DNA of 64,000 bases from Phycisphaerae bacterium. GTDB lineage: Bacteria > Planctomycetota > Phycisphaerae > WQYP01. How positions within the stretch are numbered: the first letter of the stretch is position 1; each line of letters begins with the position of its first letter. Location of the stretch: assembly GCA_038248985.1 (NCBI GenBank), contig JBBRWV010000002.1, forward strand, positions 278 to 64,277, written 5' to 3'. Shown here piece by piece: positions 39,322-49,145 of the stretch. The translations under genes were made by a program, and so were the position numbers. The notes below the pieces were generated by a model. It was given only the letters and a program-made list of their open reading frames with translations, searched no databases and was not told the origin of the DNA.

Positions 39322-40767
39322 ATGATGGCTGAAGAAAAAACAACCAAGCCCGCCGAAGTCCCCGTGCGATTGCTGCTCGTCGATGACGACCCCCTCATCA
39401 TCAATTCCCTCAGCGAGTTCCTCCGCCTCGAAGGCTACGCCGTCGATACCGCCTCCGATGGTTCCAAAGCCATCGAAAAACTCGCCGCCACTCGCTACAA
39501 CCTCGTCCTCACCGACGTCAACATGCCCCGCGTCAACGGCCTCGAGCTCCTCCGCACCATCCGCAATCACTACCCCGATGTCGTCGTACTCGTCATCACC
39601 GGCTACGGCACCATCGAAAACGCCGTCGAAGCCGTAAAAATGGGTGCCTTCGAGTACCTCACCAAACCCATCGTCGATGATGAAATCCGCGTCACCATCC
39701 AAAAGGCCCTCAAACAACAAACCCTCCTCAGCGAAAACTTCCAGCTCAAACAACAACTCAACCTCCGCTTCGGCCTCGATAACATCGTCGGCCACGATTA
39801 CAAAATGCTCAAAGTCTTCGACCTCGTCGAAGCCGTCGCCGACTCCCGCACCACCGTCCTCATGACCGGCGAATCCGGCACCGGCAAATCCCTCATCGCC
39901 CGCGCCATCCACCACCGCAGCCCGCGCAAACAAAAACCCTTCATCGAAGTCTCCTGCGGCTCCATCCCCGAATCACTCCTCGAATCCGAACTCTTCGGCC
40001 ACGTCAAAGGCTCCTTCACCGGCGCCACCTACGATAAACAAGGCCGCTTCCTCGCCGCTGACGGCGGCACCATCTTCCTCGACGAAATCAACTCCGCCTC
40101 ACCCGCCTTCCAGGTCAAACTCCTCCGCGTCCTCCAGGAACGCAAGTTCGAACCCGTCGGCAGCAACCAAACCATCAGCGTCGATGTCCGCATCATCCTC
40201 GCCAGCAACCAGGATCTCGCCAAACTCGTCGAAGAACAAAAATTCCGCCAAGACCTCTACTACCGCATCAACGTGGTCAACATCCTGCTCCCGCCCCTGC
40301 GCTCGCGCTTGGGTGACATACCTCTGCTGGCCGAAGCCTTCCTGAAAAAGCTGACCGCAGAAGTCGGCCGCAAAGTCAGCGGCTTCACCCCCGACGCCAT
40401 GGACGTCATGCTCCGTTACACCTGGCCCGGCAATGTCCGCGAACTCGAAAACGCCATCGAACGCGCCGTCGTCTTGACCAAGCGCCCCCTCATCGTCGCC
40501 GAAGACATGCCTCAAGTCGTCCTCGACGCCGCCGCCGGCAGCGCAACCGCCCCCAACTCCCCCGGTGCCCACGGTACCGCCAACCCCTTCGAACCCTGGC
40601 AGCCCATGTCCCTCAAACGCGCCATCGAAGGACCCGAAAAACAAATCCTTCTCGCCGCCCTCAAAGCCAACCAATGGAACCGTCAGGAAACCGCCGAGCA
40701 ACTCGAAATCGATCGCACCACCCTCTATAAAAAAATGAAACGCTACGGCATGGATGTCGACGAATAA
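39322..40767 (+). CDS. Sigma-54-dependent response regulator (NtrC/AtoC family: REC + AAA+ sigma54-activation + HTH).
   Basis: REC 'LLLVDDDPLIINSL...LVLTDVNMP'. Walker A 'GESGTGKSLIARAIH'. 'GAFEY'/ESELFGH motif. C-terminal 'RQETAEQLEIDRTTLYKKMKRYG' is an HTH_8. It starts 7 nt after the kinase stop. Confidence 0.85.
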   Translation: MMAEEKTTKPAEVPVRLLLVDDDPLIINSLSEFLRLEGYAVDTASDGSKAIEKLAATRYNLVLTDVNMPRVNGLELLRTIRNHYPDVVVLVITGYGTIENAVEAVKMGAFEYLTKPIVDDEIRVTIQKALKQQTLLSENFQLKQQLNLRFGLDNIVGHDYKMLKVFDLVEAVADSRTTVLMTGESGTGKSLIARAIHHRSPRKQKPFIEVSCGSIPESLLESELFGHVKGSFTGATYDKQGRFLAADGGTIFLDEINSASPAFQVKLLRVLQERKFEPVGSNQTISVDVRIILASNQDLAKLVEEQKFRQDLYYRINVVNILLPPLRSRLGDIPLLAEAFLKKLTAEVGRKVSGFTPDAMDVMLRYTWPGNVRELENAIERAVVLTKRPLIVAEDMPQVVLDAAAGSATAPNSPGAHGTANPFEPWQPMSLKRAIEGPEKQILLAALKANQWNRQETAEQLEIDRTTLYKKMKRYGMDVDE

Positions 40768-41154
40768 CCCCCCCCTCTCCAACCCTTTACCCCCCCTCCC
40801 GGGGGTGCCTCGGCACAGTGCGCTGCGCCGAGGCGAGAATCGAAGCCTTGGGCAAACTTCGACTCACCCCCAGTGTAGGGGCTGCGAGAGTGCGAGCCCC
40901 CAATGTTGAATGCTCCCATACGGCGATCACCCGCCCAGAGCATCAAATACGTACCCGATCAGGGCAAAACTTCACCGCAATTTGGCAGAATGGGTAAAAC
41001 CACGATGCACACCCGCCTGCCGCAAAGCACGCCTTGCAAACAGTGAATCATCCTTCAACAACATCGCAAACACAGAAAACCCCACAAAAAGTACAGCCAT
41101 CTGACAGTCTAACGACTCACAGTGCATTCTGTTTCGTCCGATTTCCAGAATCAC

Positions 41155-41913
41155 CTATTTTTTTAAGAGTACCGACTTTTGCAGCCCTTGCAACTGCCGA
41201 ATCCCCCCTGTCGCCAGCGTCAGCATCGACTGCAGTTCCTTCATCGAAAACGTCGCGTGTTCCCCCGTCCCCTGCACTTCCACAAACGATCCATCCTGCA
41301 ACATCGCCACATTCATGTCCACCCCCGCATCCACATCCTCCTTGTAATCCAAATCCAACACCGCCGCCCCCTCCACAATCCCCACGCTCACCGCCGCGAT
41401 CTGCTGCGTCAGCACCTTCGCCCCCGCCGCCAGCAACCCCTTCTTCTGCGCCGCCCGCACCGCGTCCGCCACCGCCACATACGCCCCCGTAATCGACGCC
41501 GTCCGCGTTCCCCCATCCGCCTGCAGCACATCACAATCCACAAACAACGACAGCCCGTCCTTCCCATCCGCCGTCACCAACTGCGACAAATCAATGCACG
41601 CCCGCAACGCCCGACCCACCAATCGCTGTATCTCTACCGACCGCCCATCCGGCTTCCCCGAATCGCGCCGCTTCCGCGTCGGTGTCGCACTCGGAATCAT
41701 CGAATATTCCGCCGTCAGCCAACCCGATGCCTTCCCGCTCGACCGATTCTTCTCCCGCAACCACGGCGGCAAATCCTTGTCGATCATCGCCGTGCACAAA
41801 ACCCGCGTCTCCCCAAACCAAACCACCACGCTCCCCCCCGCAAACTTCGTAAAGTTCCGCTGAATCTTGATCGAACGCAACTCATTCGCCTTCCGGCCAT
41901 CGTGACGCGCCAT
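41155..41913 (-). CDS. rph: Ribonuclease PH.
   Basis: 'RHDGRKANELRSIKIQRNFTKFAGGSVVVWFGETRVLCTA' and 'TAEYSMIPSATPTR' blocks match RNase PH. 252 aa. Confidence 0.85.
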   Translation of the reverse strand: MARHDGRKANELRSIKIQRNFTKFAGGSVVVWFGETRVLCTAMIDKDLPPWLREKNRSSGKASGWLTAEYSMIPSATPTRKRRDSGKPDGRSVEIQRLVGRALRACIDLSQLVTADGKDGLSLFVDCDVLQADGGTRTASITGAYVAVADAVRAAQKKGLLAAGAKVLTQQIAAVSVGIVEGAAVLDLDYKEDVDAGVDMNVAMLQDGSFVEVQGTGEHATFSMKELQSMLTLATGGIRQLQGLQKSVLLKK

Positions 41914-42008
41914 AATTTCATCCTTGAAAAAACGAAGTGGAAAACAACAATCCTAACCGCATCCCCCAGCCGCGGCACTTTCCCTTCACCCACCTCACGC
42001 CCCGTACA

Positions 42009-42938
42009 CTACTTCGAATCCTCCGCCGCCGGTATCCCCAACCCCGCAAACGCCAGCGGCAACCATCCCGTGTTCCACGAGTGCCCCATGTCCGACCCCA
42101 ACACATACGTGTGCGGAATCTTCAAATCCCCCATCCGCGTCTTCAACACATCCACCCCAATCCGCGAACCCGGCCCGTCCGCCATCAATACAATCCGCCG
42201 ATCCTTCCCCGCCAAAACCTTCTGCTTCTTCTCCAGCAAAAGCATCGGATCATAGTTGTCAAAATTCTCCCGCGTCCCGTAAGACTCCGCAAAACCCCAC
42301 GTCTTGAACGTCTCCTGCGACGGCGGCCCAATCGACGGATCAAACGCCGCCACCCGGCTGAACGCCTCCGTGTTCCTCAAAAAAAGACACAACGCCCCCA
42401 AACCCGATTTCGAAAACCCCACCACAAATCGCCCCCGGCTCTCCCCCAACGTCGGAAACTCCTTCTCCACAAACGCTATCGCCACATCCAGCAAATACGC
42501 CTGCTGCCGCACCTGCGGCCTTCCCGGGTTATCCCCATACCACGGCTCCGTGTCATACGCCGGCGCCACACAAATAACCCCATACCGATTGTGCAAATCC
42601 CTCTTCTGTACCTCCACAATCCCCGAACCCCAATTCCCCTTCGTCCCCGTATTCACCGGCAACAGCAACACCACCGGATACCGCTTCCCCTTCTCCATCC
42701 CGTCCGGCAGCAAAATCTCCAGCTTATTCGGCCCCTTCTGATACCCGCTATTCACCGTGTAACAAAGAATCCCCGGATTCACCCCCTCCGCATCCCGCGC
42801 AATCGACGTCGCCGGCGCACTCGCCGCCTGCGATGTATTCGCAGCCTTCATCACGCCTTCCTGCGCCACCGCCCCCGCAAAAGACGCCACCACAATTCCG
42901 CACCCCAACACCACTGAAAAAAATCGCATAAAAGTCAT
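42009..42938 (-). CDS. Secreted alpha/beta-hydrolase (putative esterase family).
   Basis: Signal peptide 'FFSVVLGCGIVVASFAGAVA'. 'VVGFSKSGLGAL' nucleophile-elbow-like segment. 'LLLPVNTGTKGNWG'. Confidence 0.5.
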   Translation of the reverse strand: MTFMRFFSVVLGCGIVVASFAGAVAQEGVMKAANTSQAASAPATSIARDAEGVNPGILCYTVNSGYQKGPNKLEILLPDGMEKGKRYPVVLLLPVNTGTKGNWGSGIVEVQKRDLHNRYGVICVAPAYDTEPWYGDNPGRPQVRQQAYLLDVAIAFVEKEFPTLGESRGRFVVGFSKSGLGALCLFLRNTEAFSRVAAFDPSIGPPSQETFKTWGFAESYGTRENFDNYDPMLLLEKKQKVLAGKDRRIVLMADGPGSRIGVDVLKTRMGDLKIPHTYVLGSDMGHSWNTGWLPLAFAGLGIPAAEDSK

Positions 42939-42944
42939 CCCTCG

Positions 42945-43865
42945 CTAAATCTTTTCCACCGAAATCCGCGCCGTCATCACATGCGTACCACCCGCCTCCA
43001 CCGTCACCGCCGCCTCCCCGACATTGCACGTCTCCACACACACCATCCCCGGCCACTCATTATCCCCAAAATCCGCCATCGTCTTGCTCTTGTTGATCCA
43101 CGGATTCCACACCACCGTCGCTTCCGAGTTCTCCTTCGCAATCAGAATCCGCCGGCACTTCACCGGGTCATGAATCACCACCGTCGAATTCGTCTTCAAA
43201 TACACCCGATCCGTTTCGCCCGCAATGGCTATCGCCCCCTCCTGCGTCTTCCGCTTCCCCCCTTCCATCTTGTCCAGATACTCTGCATTTTCCAGCCCCG
43301 TGATCTTCACCTGCTTCACATCCCCCACCGAGTAATACGTGTGCAACGCCTCCTGCGCCGTCAGCCCCGCCTGCCCCGTGTTCGTCAGTTCCAACGCCAT
43401 CGTCAGCGTCCGTCCCACCGTAATGCGGTGCCGCAAAACAAAATCAGCCTTCCACGCCTTCTGCGTCTCCTCCGTGCTCGCCGTCGACAACACCACCGTC
43501 ACCTCCCCGCTCGTCGTCGTCGTCACCGCTTCCAATGTCCACTCCACCAGCCGCACAAATCCATGCCCCGGCGCCGTCTTGTCCGGCGTCTGCGCATCCA
43601 GCATCTTCGGCCCAAACCACGGAAAACATATCGGCACCCCGCCCCGAATCGCCTTGCCGTTCGCAAAAACGCTCTTCTCGCTCATCCACAAAACTTCGTC
43701 CTGCCCCTTCGGCCTCCACAACGCCACATGCCCGCCCAGCAGGTAAATAAGCGCCTCCGTCTGCCCATTATCAATCTGCACCGCCGGCAATCCCCCTTGC
43801 CCGCTGATGATCTTCGCGCTCCCCGCAATCGCAAATTGCTTCTGCAATGTTTCGACACTCGCCAT
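42945..43865 (-). CDS. Glucose-6-phosphate 1-epimerase (D-hexose-6-phosphate mutarotase, YeaD-like aldose 1-epimerase family).
   Basis: 'GGVPICFPWFGP' and 'HGFVR...W' blocks are characteristic of the YeaD family. Confidence 0.7.
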   Translation of the reverse strand: MASVETLQKQFAIAGSAKIISGQGGLPAVQIDNGQTEALIYLLGGHVALWRPKGQDEVLWMSEKSVFANGKAIRGGVPICFPWFGPKMLDAQTPDKTAPGHGFVRLVEWTLEAVTTTTSGEVTVVLSTASTEETQKAWKADFVLRHRITVGRTLTMALELTNTGQAGLTAQEALHTYYSVGDVKQVKITGLENAEYLDKMEGGKRKTQEGAIAIAGETDRVYLKTNSTVVIHDPVKCRRILIAKENSEATVVWNPWINKSKTMADFGDNEWPGMVCVETCNVGEAAVTVEAGGTHVMTARISVEKI

Positions 43866-44007
43866 AAAACCCTCCGTGAATATCCGCCAAGCCTGTTTCC
43901 ACTGGGAAACGTATGGTCGGGCAAATCCACCAGATACTCAAGCGGCCCCACGCTTCCCCAACCCCCTGCTTTTTGGCACTCGGCGACTTGCCGCATATAC
44001 TCCCAGT

Positions 44008-44724
44008 ATGAGTGATGGCAAAGTGATCGCGGTCGCACATCGTGGAGCCTCGGCCTACGCGCCCGAGAACACCGTCGCCGCATTCGATGAAGCCGTTCGC
44101 CTCCACGCCAAGGCCGTCGAGTTCGATATCCAACTCTCCGCCGATGGCGCCATCGTCGTCATTCACGATGAAACCCTCCAACGCACCACCAACGGCCGCG
44201 GACGCGTCAAAGACTACCAACTCTTCGACCTCCTCCGCCTTGATGCCGGCAGTTGGCTCCACCCCCGCTTCGCCGGCACACGCATCCCCACCCTCGACGA
44301 AGCCCTCCTCGCCATCGGCCCCCACGCCCTCCCCGTCCTCGAACTCAAAGCCCCCATTCCCGGCGCTCTGCTCCTCCAACACCTCCAACGCTACGACCTC
44401 CTCGATGACTGCCTCGTCATCTCCTTCCGCCCCCAATGGCTCCTCGAAGTCCGAAAACACACCCCCAAAATCCCCCTCGGCCTCCTTTCCGACCGCTTCA
44501 CCCACGACCTCCCCGCCCGCGCCAAAGCCCTCGACGCCGATGTGCTCCTCCTCAGCACCGAAGCCCTCAGCCCCGAAAGCGCCCACGCCGCCAACGCCGA
44601 AGGACTTGAACTTTGGTGCTATACCGCTAATGATATAGGCCTAGTAGCCGCCTGTGCCTCCCTCGGCACCACCGGCATCATCACCGATAAACCCGATTTG
44701 ATACGTTCCCGCGAAGATAAATAA
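44008..44724 (+). CDS. Glycerophosphodiester phosphodiesterase (GDPD family). The start is taken at MSDGKVIAVAHRG; the ORF track starts at 43807, which overlaps the preceding convergent gene.
   Basis: 'IAVAHRGASAYAPENTVAAFDEAVRLHAKAVEFDIQLSADGAIVVIHDETLQRTTNGRG' is the classical GDPD HRG...E.D...T.DG..V..HD motif. Confidence 0.8.
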   Translation: MSDGKVIAVAHRGASAYAPENTVAAFDEAVRLHAKAVEFDIQLSADGAIVVIHDETLQRTTNGRGRVKDYQLFDLLRLDAGSWLHPRFAGTRIPTLDEALLAIGPHALPVLELKAPIPGALLLQHLQRYDLLDDCLVISFRPQWLLEVRKHTPKIPLGLLSDRFTHDLPARAKALDADVLLLSTEALSPESAHAANAEGLELWCYTANDIGLVAACASLGTTGIITDKPDLIRSREDK

Positions 44725-45229
44725 CCGTTCTGCACGTACTTTCTGGCTTTTTTCGCCCGCATATACTATTTTAGACTCGATCTTTGCTCGCCAGAAGGTA
44801 CAATGCCTGCAGTAAGAACCTGCAGATCAAGCACTCGACACGGACCAAAACTCATCCTTCGATAGCTACCTCCGTGACGCCGAGTGTTAACGGTAATGTG
44901 ATTCCGGAATGAAAACAGAATCGAGCAGCAATCCGGGCGCAGCAGCCCGTGCCATCCAGCGCAATCACGATGGCCAGGAATTCAATGATTACCGATAACG
45001 CGCCGCTTCCTCTGTTCCGTTCCACACACCGTCCTTCTTTTCGTACAACCGGCCGGTTTTCTCCCTCGGTCTACAGCGCTCGCATTGTGCAACGCTTCCG
45101 ATTTCACCAATGCCAAATGGGGATGGGCGGGATCTGAGATAGTAAGGCGCTCGCGGCCTGATGCACCCGAAAGTGCCCGGCCTAAAGCGAACGTTCGCAT
45201 GTTGCGGACGAAGTCCTCTCTTCACATCT

Positions 45230-46354
45230 ATGGAGCTTGTCTTGTCAGACAACAAAGCGAACGTTACGGGGCTACTCGAAGTATCAGAAAAAGGCCACGG
45301 CTATTTGCGCCTCCCGGATCGCAAGTATCGCCCCCAGCAGTCCGATCCCTACGTCCCCACCGACGTCATCAAACGCACCCAACTCCGCATGGGCGTCATG
45401 CTCAACGTCAACACCGGCCCCAACAAACGCGGCCCCGGCCCCCTCGTCACCTACGTCAACAGCGTCGAAGGCGTCCCTCTCCGCGATTACTTCCGCACCC
45501 CCATGTTTGGCGAACTCATCGTCATCGATCCCCGCGTCAAAATCCGCCTCGAAACCCCCGGCGGTCCCCCCTCCATGCGCATCATGGACATCCTCACCCC
45601 CATCGGTCGCGGCCAGCGCGGCCTCATCGTCGCTCCCCCCAAAACCGGCAAAACCACCCTCCTCAAGCAAATCGCCGAAGCCGTCAACAAAAACCATCCC
45701 GATATGAAAGTCTTCGTCCTCCTCATCGATGAACGCCCCGAAGAAGTCACCGACTTCCGCCGCAGCCTCCCCAACTGCGAAGTCTGGGCCTCCAACACCG
45801 ATGAAGACATCGAATCCCACGTCCGCACCGCACGCATGGTCACCGAACGCGCCAAACGCCTCGTCGAAGGCGGCGGACACGTCATGGTCATCCTCGATTC
45901 CATCACCCGCGTCGGACGCGCCTTCAACCACTTCGTCGGCAGCAGCGGACGCACCATGTCCGGCGGTATCGACGCCACCGCCATGCAGGAACCTCGCTCC
46001 ATGTTCGGCAGCGCCCGCAATATCGAAAATGGCGGCAGCCTCACCATCATGGCCTCCGCACTCATCGACACCGGCAGCCGCATGGACGAACTCATCTTCC
46101 AGGAGTTCAAAGGCACCGGCAATATGGAACTCGTCCTCAGCAAAAAACTCGCCGAACGACGCATCTGGCCCGCCATCGACCTCCCCGCCTCCGGCACCCG
46201 CAAAGAAGAGTACCTCCTCGGACCCGAAGGCGCCCGCAAAGCCGGTATGCTCCGCCGCGATTTGGTCTCCCGCGATCCCGCCTCCGCCATGGAATCTCTC
46301 CTCAAAGTCATGCAAAAATTCCCCACCAATGAACAATTCATGGCCAGCTTCTAA
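45230..46354 (+). CDS. rho: Transcription termination factor Rho. It is short and lacks the N-terminal helical subdomain. The start is taken at MELVLSD; the ORF track starts at 45161.
   Basis: RNA-binding OB 'GLLEVSEKGHGYLRLPD'. Walker A 'GQRGLIVAPPKTGKTTLLKQIA'. 'VLLIDERPEEVTDF'. Q/R loops. 'ELVLSKKLAERRIWPAIDLPASGTRKEE'. Confidence 0.9.
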   Translation: MELVLSDNKANVTGLLEVSEKGHGYLRLPDRKYRPQQSDPYVPTDVIKRTQLRMGVMLNVNTGPNKRGPGPLVTYVNSVEGVPLRDYFRTPMFGELIVIDPRVKIRLETPGGPPSMRIMDILTPIGRGQRGLIVAPPKTGKTTLLKQIAEAVNKNHPDMKVFVLLIDERPEEVTDFRRSLPNCEVWASNTDEDIESHVRTARMVTERAKRLVEGGGHVMVILDSITRVGRAFNHFVGSSGRTMSGGIDATAMQEPRSMFGSARNIENGGSLTIMASALIDTGSRMDELIFQEFKGTGNMELVLSKKLAERRIWPAIDLPASGTRKEEYLLGPEGARKAGMLRRDLVSRDPASAMESLLKVMQKFPTNEQFMASF

Positions 46355-46403
46355 TCATTGTTCAATCCCCCATTTCCTGTCATACACATTGTGAGGACGC
46401 CCC

Positions 46404-46658
46404 ATGGCATTTACCGACGAAGACCTGAAACGCGCCATGAAAGCTTTCAAACGCCGCATGAAACTTACCCGCCTCGATGAGGAATCCCGCCTCGGTCGCA
46501 GCCCCCTCACCGGCGGCGGAGACTCCGGCATCTGCGCCATCAACCCCCCCGCCGAGTTCTCCCAGGAAGTCTGGAACGAACTCGTCGCCCGCGGACAACT
46601 CTCCGTCGACTCCGACGGCTTCTACTCCCTCGGACGCCTCAAGGGCGGCATGGGGTGA
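46404..46658 (+). CDS. Small hypothetical protein (84 aa) directly downstream of rho.
   Basis: ORF with GC3-rich codon usage consistent with the genome. Lys/Arg-rich helical N-terminus. No motif. Confidence 0.35.
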   Translation: MAFTDEDLKRAMKAFKRRMKLTRLDEESRLGRSPLTGGGDSGICAINPPAEFSQEVWNELVARGQLSVDSDGFYSLGRLKGGMG

Positions 46659-46826
46659 GCGCCCGCCCCTCTTCACCTATAATCAACCGCTGAACACTGA
46701 CGCCGCGCCCTCATCCCAACGCCGCGCCCCCTGCGCATTTTCCATTTACTTCTACCGCTTGAACCATTACCGTTCCCCTTTCCGCATCGCCCGGCATTTC
46801 TGTCACTTTATTTTCCTCGCACTACA

Positions 46827-47771
46827 ATGGTGAAAATTATGGCCAAACTCGACTTCATCTCCATCGCCGACACCCCCCAGCAAACCCTCGTACACATCCT
46901 CGACGTCTCCAAACGTCTCAAAAAACAACTCCAATCCACCGGACGCAATGACCCCATCGCCGCCGGCAAAGTCCTCGCCTGCATCTTCGAAAAACCCTCC
47001 CTCCGCACCCGCGTCTCCTTCGAAACCGCCATGTACCACATGGGCGGAAACGCCCTCTACATCGCCCCCTCCGAAATCGGCCTCGGCACCCGCGAATCCG
47101 TCCCCGATGTCGCACGCGTCCTCTCCGGCATGACCGACGCCATCATGGCCCGCGTCTTCCAACACGATAAACTCCAAGGCCTCGCCCAATTCGCCTCCGT
47201 CCCCGTCATCAACGGCCTCTCCGATTACTCCCACCCCTGCCAGGCCATGGCCGATCTCCTCACCATCGAAGAACACTTCGGCCCCGGCAGCCTCCACGGA
47301 AAAACCCTCGCCTACATCGGCGACGGCAACAACATGGCCCGCTCCCTCATGGTCGCCTGCGCCCGCTTCCAAATTAAATTCCGCATCGCCACGCCCCCCG
47401 GCTTCGAACTCGAAACCGCCCTCCTCGATCGTATGATGCGCCAGTCCCCCGATCTCGATTTCGCCACCTCCCGCGAACCCCGCGACATCCTCCAGGATGC
47501 CGACGTCATCTACACCGACACCTGGATCAGCATGGGTCAGGAAACTGAAAAAGCCCAACGCCTCCCCGTCTTCGCCCCCTACCAGATCAACGCCAACCTG
47601 CTCAAACTCGCCCCCAGTCACGCCATCGTCATGCACTGCCTCCCCGCCTACCGCGGCGTCGAAATCACCGACGAAGTTATCGATGGCCCACAATCCGTCG
47701 TCTTCCAGCAAGCCGAAAACCGCCTCCACTTCCAAAAAGGCCTCCTCGCCGTTCTCCTCGCCGGGCAATGA
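46827..47771 (+). CDS. argF: Ornithine carbamoyltransferase.
   Basis: Carbamoyl-P site 'FEKPSLRTRVSFE' (STRTR). Ornithine site 'HCLPAYRG'. 'DTWISMGQE'. Confidence 0.85.
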   Translation: MVKIMAKLDFISIADTPQQTLVHILDVSKRLKKQLQSTGRNDPIAAGKVLACIFEKPSLRTRVSFETAMYHMGGNALYIAPSEIGLGTRESVPDVARVLSGMTDAIMARVFQHDKLQGLAQFASVPVINGLSDYSHPCQAMADLLTIEEHFGPGSLHGKTLAYIGDGNNMARSLMVACARFQIKFRIATPPGFELETALLDRMMRQSPDLDFATSREPRDILQDADVIYTDTWISMGQETEKAQRLPVFAPYQINANLLKLAPSHAIVMHCLPAYRGVEITDEVIDGPQSVVFQQAENRLHFQKGLLAVLLAGQ

Positions 47772-48937
47772 TCTTCCGCCCTTCACCCAAGGCCGCGCCC
47801 ATGTCCCAAACGTTTCCCACCCTCCTTCGCTACACCGGGCAGGTCCTCTACATCTACGCTTACGATGTCGCCTGGGAAATGGCCCGCAAAACCATCCCCA
47901 CCCTCTGCGGACAACCCGTCGCGCAATTTCACATCGATTCCAACAAACGCTCCCCACGCCAACTTTTTTTCTACCGCCCCCAAATGGTCCATCTCACACC
48001 CCTCGATCGCCTCGGTCTCGACGGCCCCCTCCGCATCGAACGCCAGGTCAAAATCTTCCCCATGGGCGCCATCTCCCTCTCCTTCCGCGTCACCTTCGAT
48101 GTCCCCTCCGTCAATGACCTCGTCAAGTTTCACGACCTCCGCTACGCCAACGGCGGCTCACTCCATGACGACGTCCTCGCCACCGTCGAAGAAGTCCGCC
48201 GTGAACTGCAACCCTACTTGATCCGCCCCGTCGAAAAACTCGCCGACGAAGAAGCCTACACCGTCTTCTGCATCACCTCCCCCATGGAAAATGCCCAGGG
48301 CGAACGCATCCGCACCGAAGACTGGCTCGCCCGCAACCGCCGCGCCGTCGCCGCCCTTCTCACCGAAGAACGCGACACCGCCCACCTCTCCGATCAGGAA
48401 TCCGAAGAATCCACCAGCCGCTACCTCGCCTATTACGACCACGACCTCGCCGTCATCGACTGGGATGCCGCCCTCGTCATCGACGAACCCCGCTACACCG
48501 AAGAAGTCGTCTACCTCATGGAACTCGCCAACCTCCAACTCGCCGAACTCGAAGTCTACGACCGCGTCCTCGACGACGTCATGGATCGCGCCTATCGCGA
48601 CCTCGCCGTCCGCGGCCTCGGCAAAGGTAGCGGCCGACGCACCCTCGCCGAACTCCGCGAAATCCGCGTCGACCTCGCCCGCCTCCAGGATGAACTCCAA
48701 AACAGCGCCAAATTCTTCGGCGACTGGCACCTCGCCCGCATCTACCAAGCCGTCTCCGCCCGCTTCCACCTCGCCGACTGGCAAAAAACCATCGACGAAA
48801 AACTCCAAACCCTCGACGAACTCTACCAACTCCTCCAAACCGACCGCAACAATCGCTGGATGCTCATCCTCGAAGCGACCATCGTCCTCCTCTTCATCAT
48901 CGACCTCCTCATGCTCTTCAAAGCCGGCACCCACTAA
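47768..48937 (+). CDS. Hypothetical protein. It has an N-terminal globular region, a central acidic coiled-coil region and a C-terminal hydrophobic TM anchor. The start is possibly MSQTFPT at 47801.
   Basis: C-terminal 'MLILEATIVLLFIIDLLMLF'. No catalytic motif recognised. Its start overlaps the argF stop (ATGA). Confidence 0.4.
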   Translation: MIFRPSPKAAPMSQTFPTLLRYTGQVLYIYAYDVAWEMARKTIPTLCGQPVAQFHIDSNKRSPRQLFFYRPQMVHLTPLDRLGLDGPLRIERQVKIFPMGAISLSFRVTFDVPSVNDLVKFHDLRYANGGSLHDDVLATVEEVRRELQPYLIRPVEKLADEEAYTVFCITSPMENAQGERIRTEDWLARNRRAVAALLTEERDTAHLSDQESEESTSRYLAYYDHDLAVIDWDAALVIDEPRYTEEVVYLMELANLQLAELEVYDRVLDDVMDRAYRDLAVRGLGKGSGRRTLAELREIRVDLARLQDELQNSAKFFGDWHLARIYQAVSARFHLADWQKTIDEKLQTLDELYQLLQTDRNNRWMLILEATIVLLFIIDLLMLFKAGTH

Positions 48938-49145
48938 AACCAGGACAACCCCCTCCCCGACGCGCCCATCAACGAACGTGTCCCTCACCCTCGTCCAGAT
49001 TTACGCCCTCATAAAACATTTCGCCGTCGATTCCTCCCTCTTCCTCTGACAAAAATCTCGCCACCCGCTATCCTTCAATCCCCCCAACCCCACTGCCGTC
49101 TTTCGTGTCTTCATGCCTTGGTGGCTAAAAAATCCGGAGCCAAAA

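Noticed and set aside
42000-42035. tRNA-like T-arm sequence 'TTCGAATCC'.
   Set aside because: No acceptor or anticodon arm can be built around it. It lies at the 3' end of the esterase CDS.
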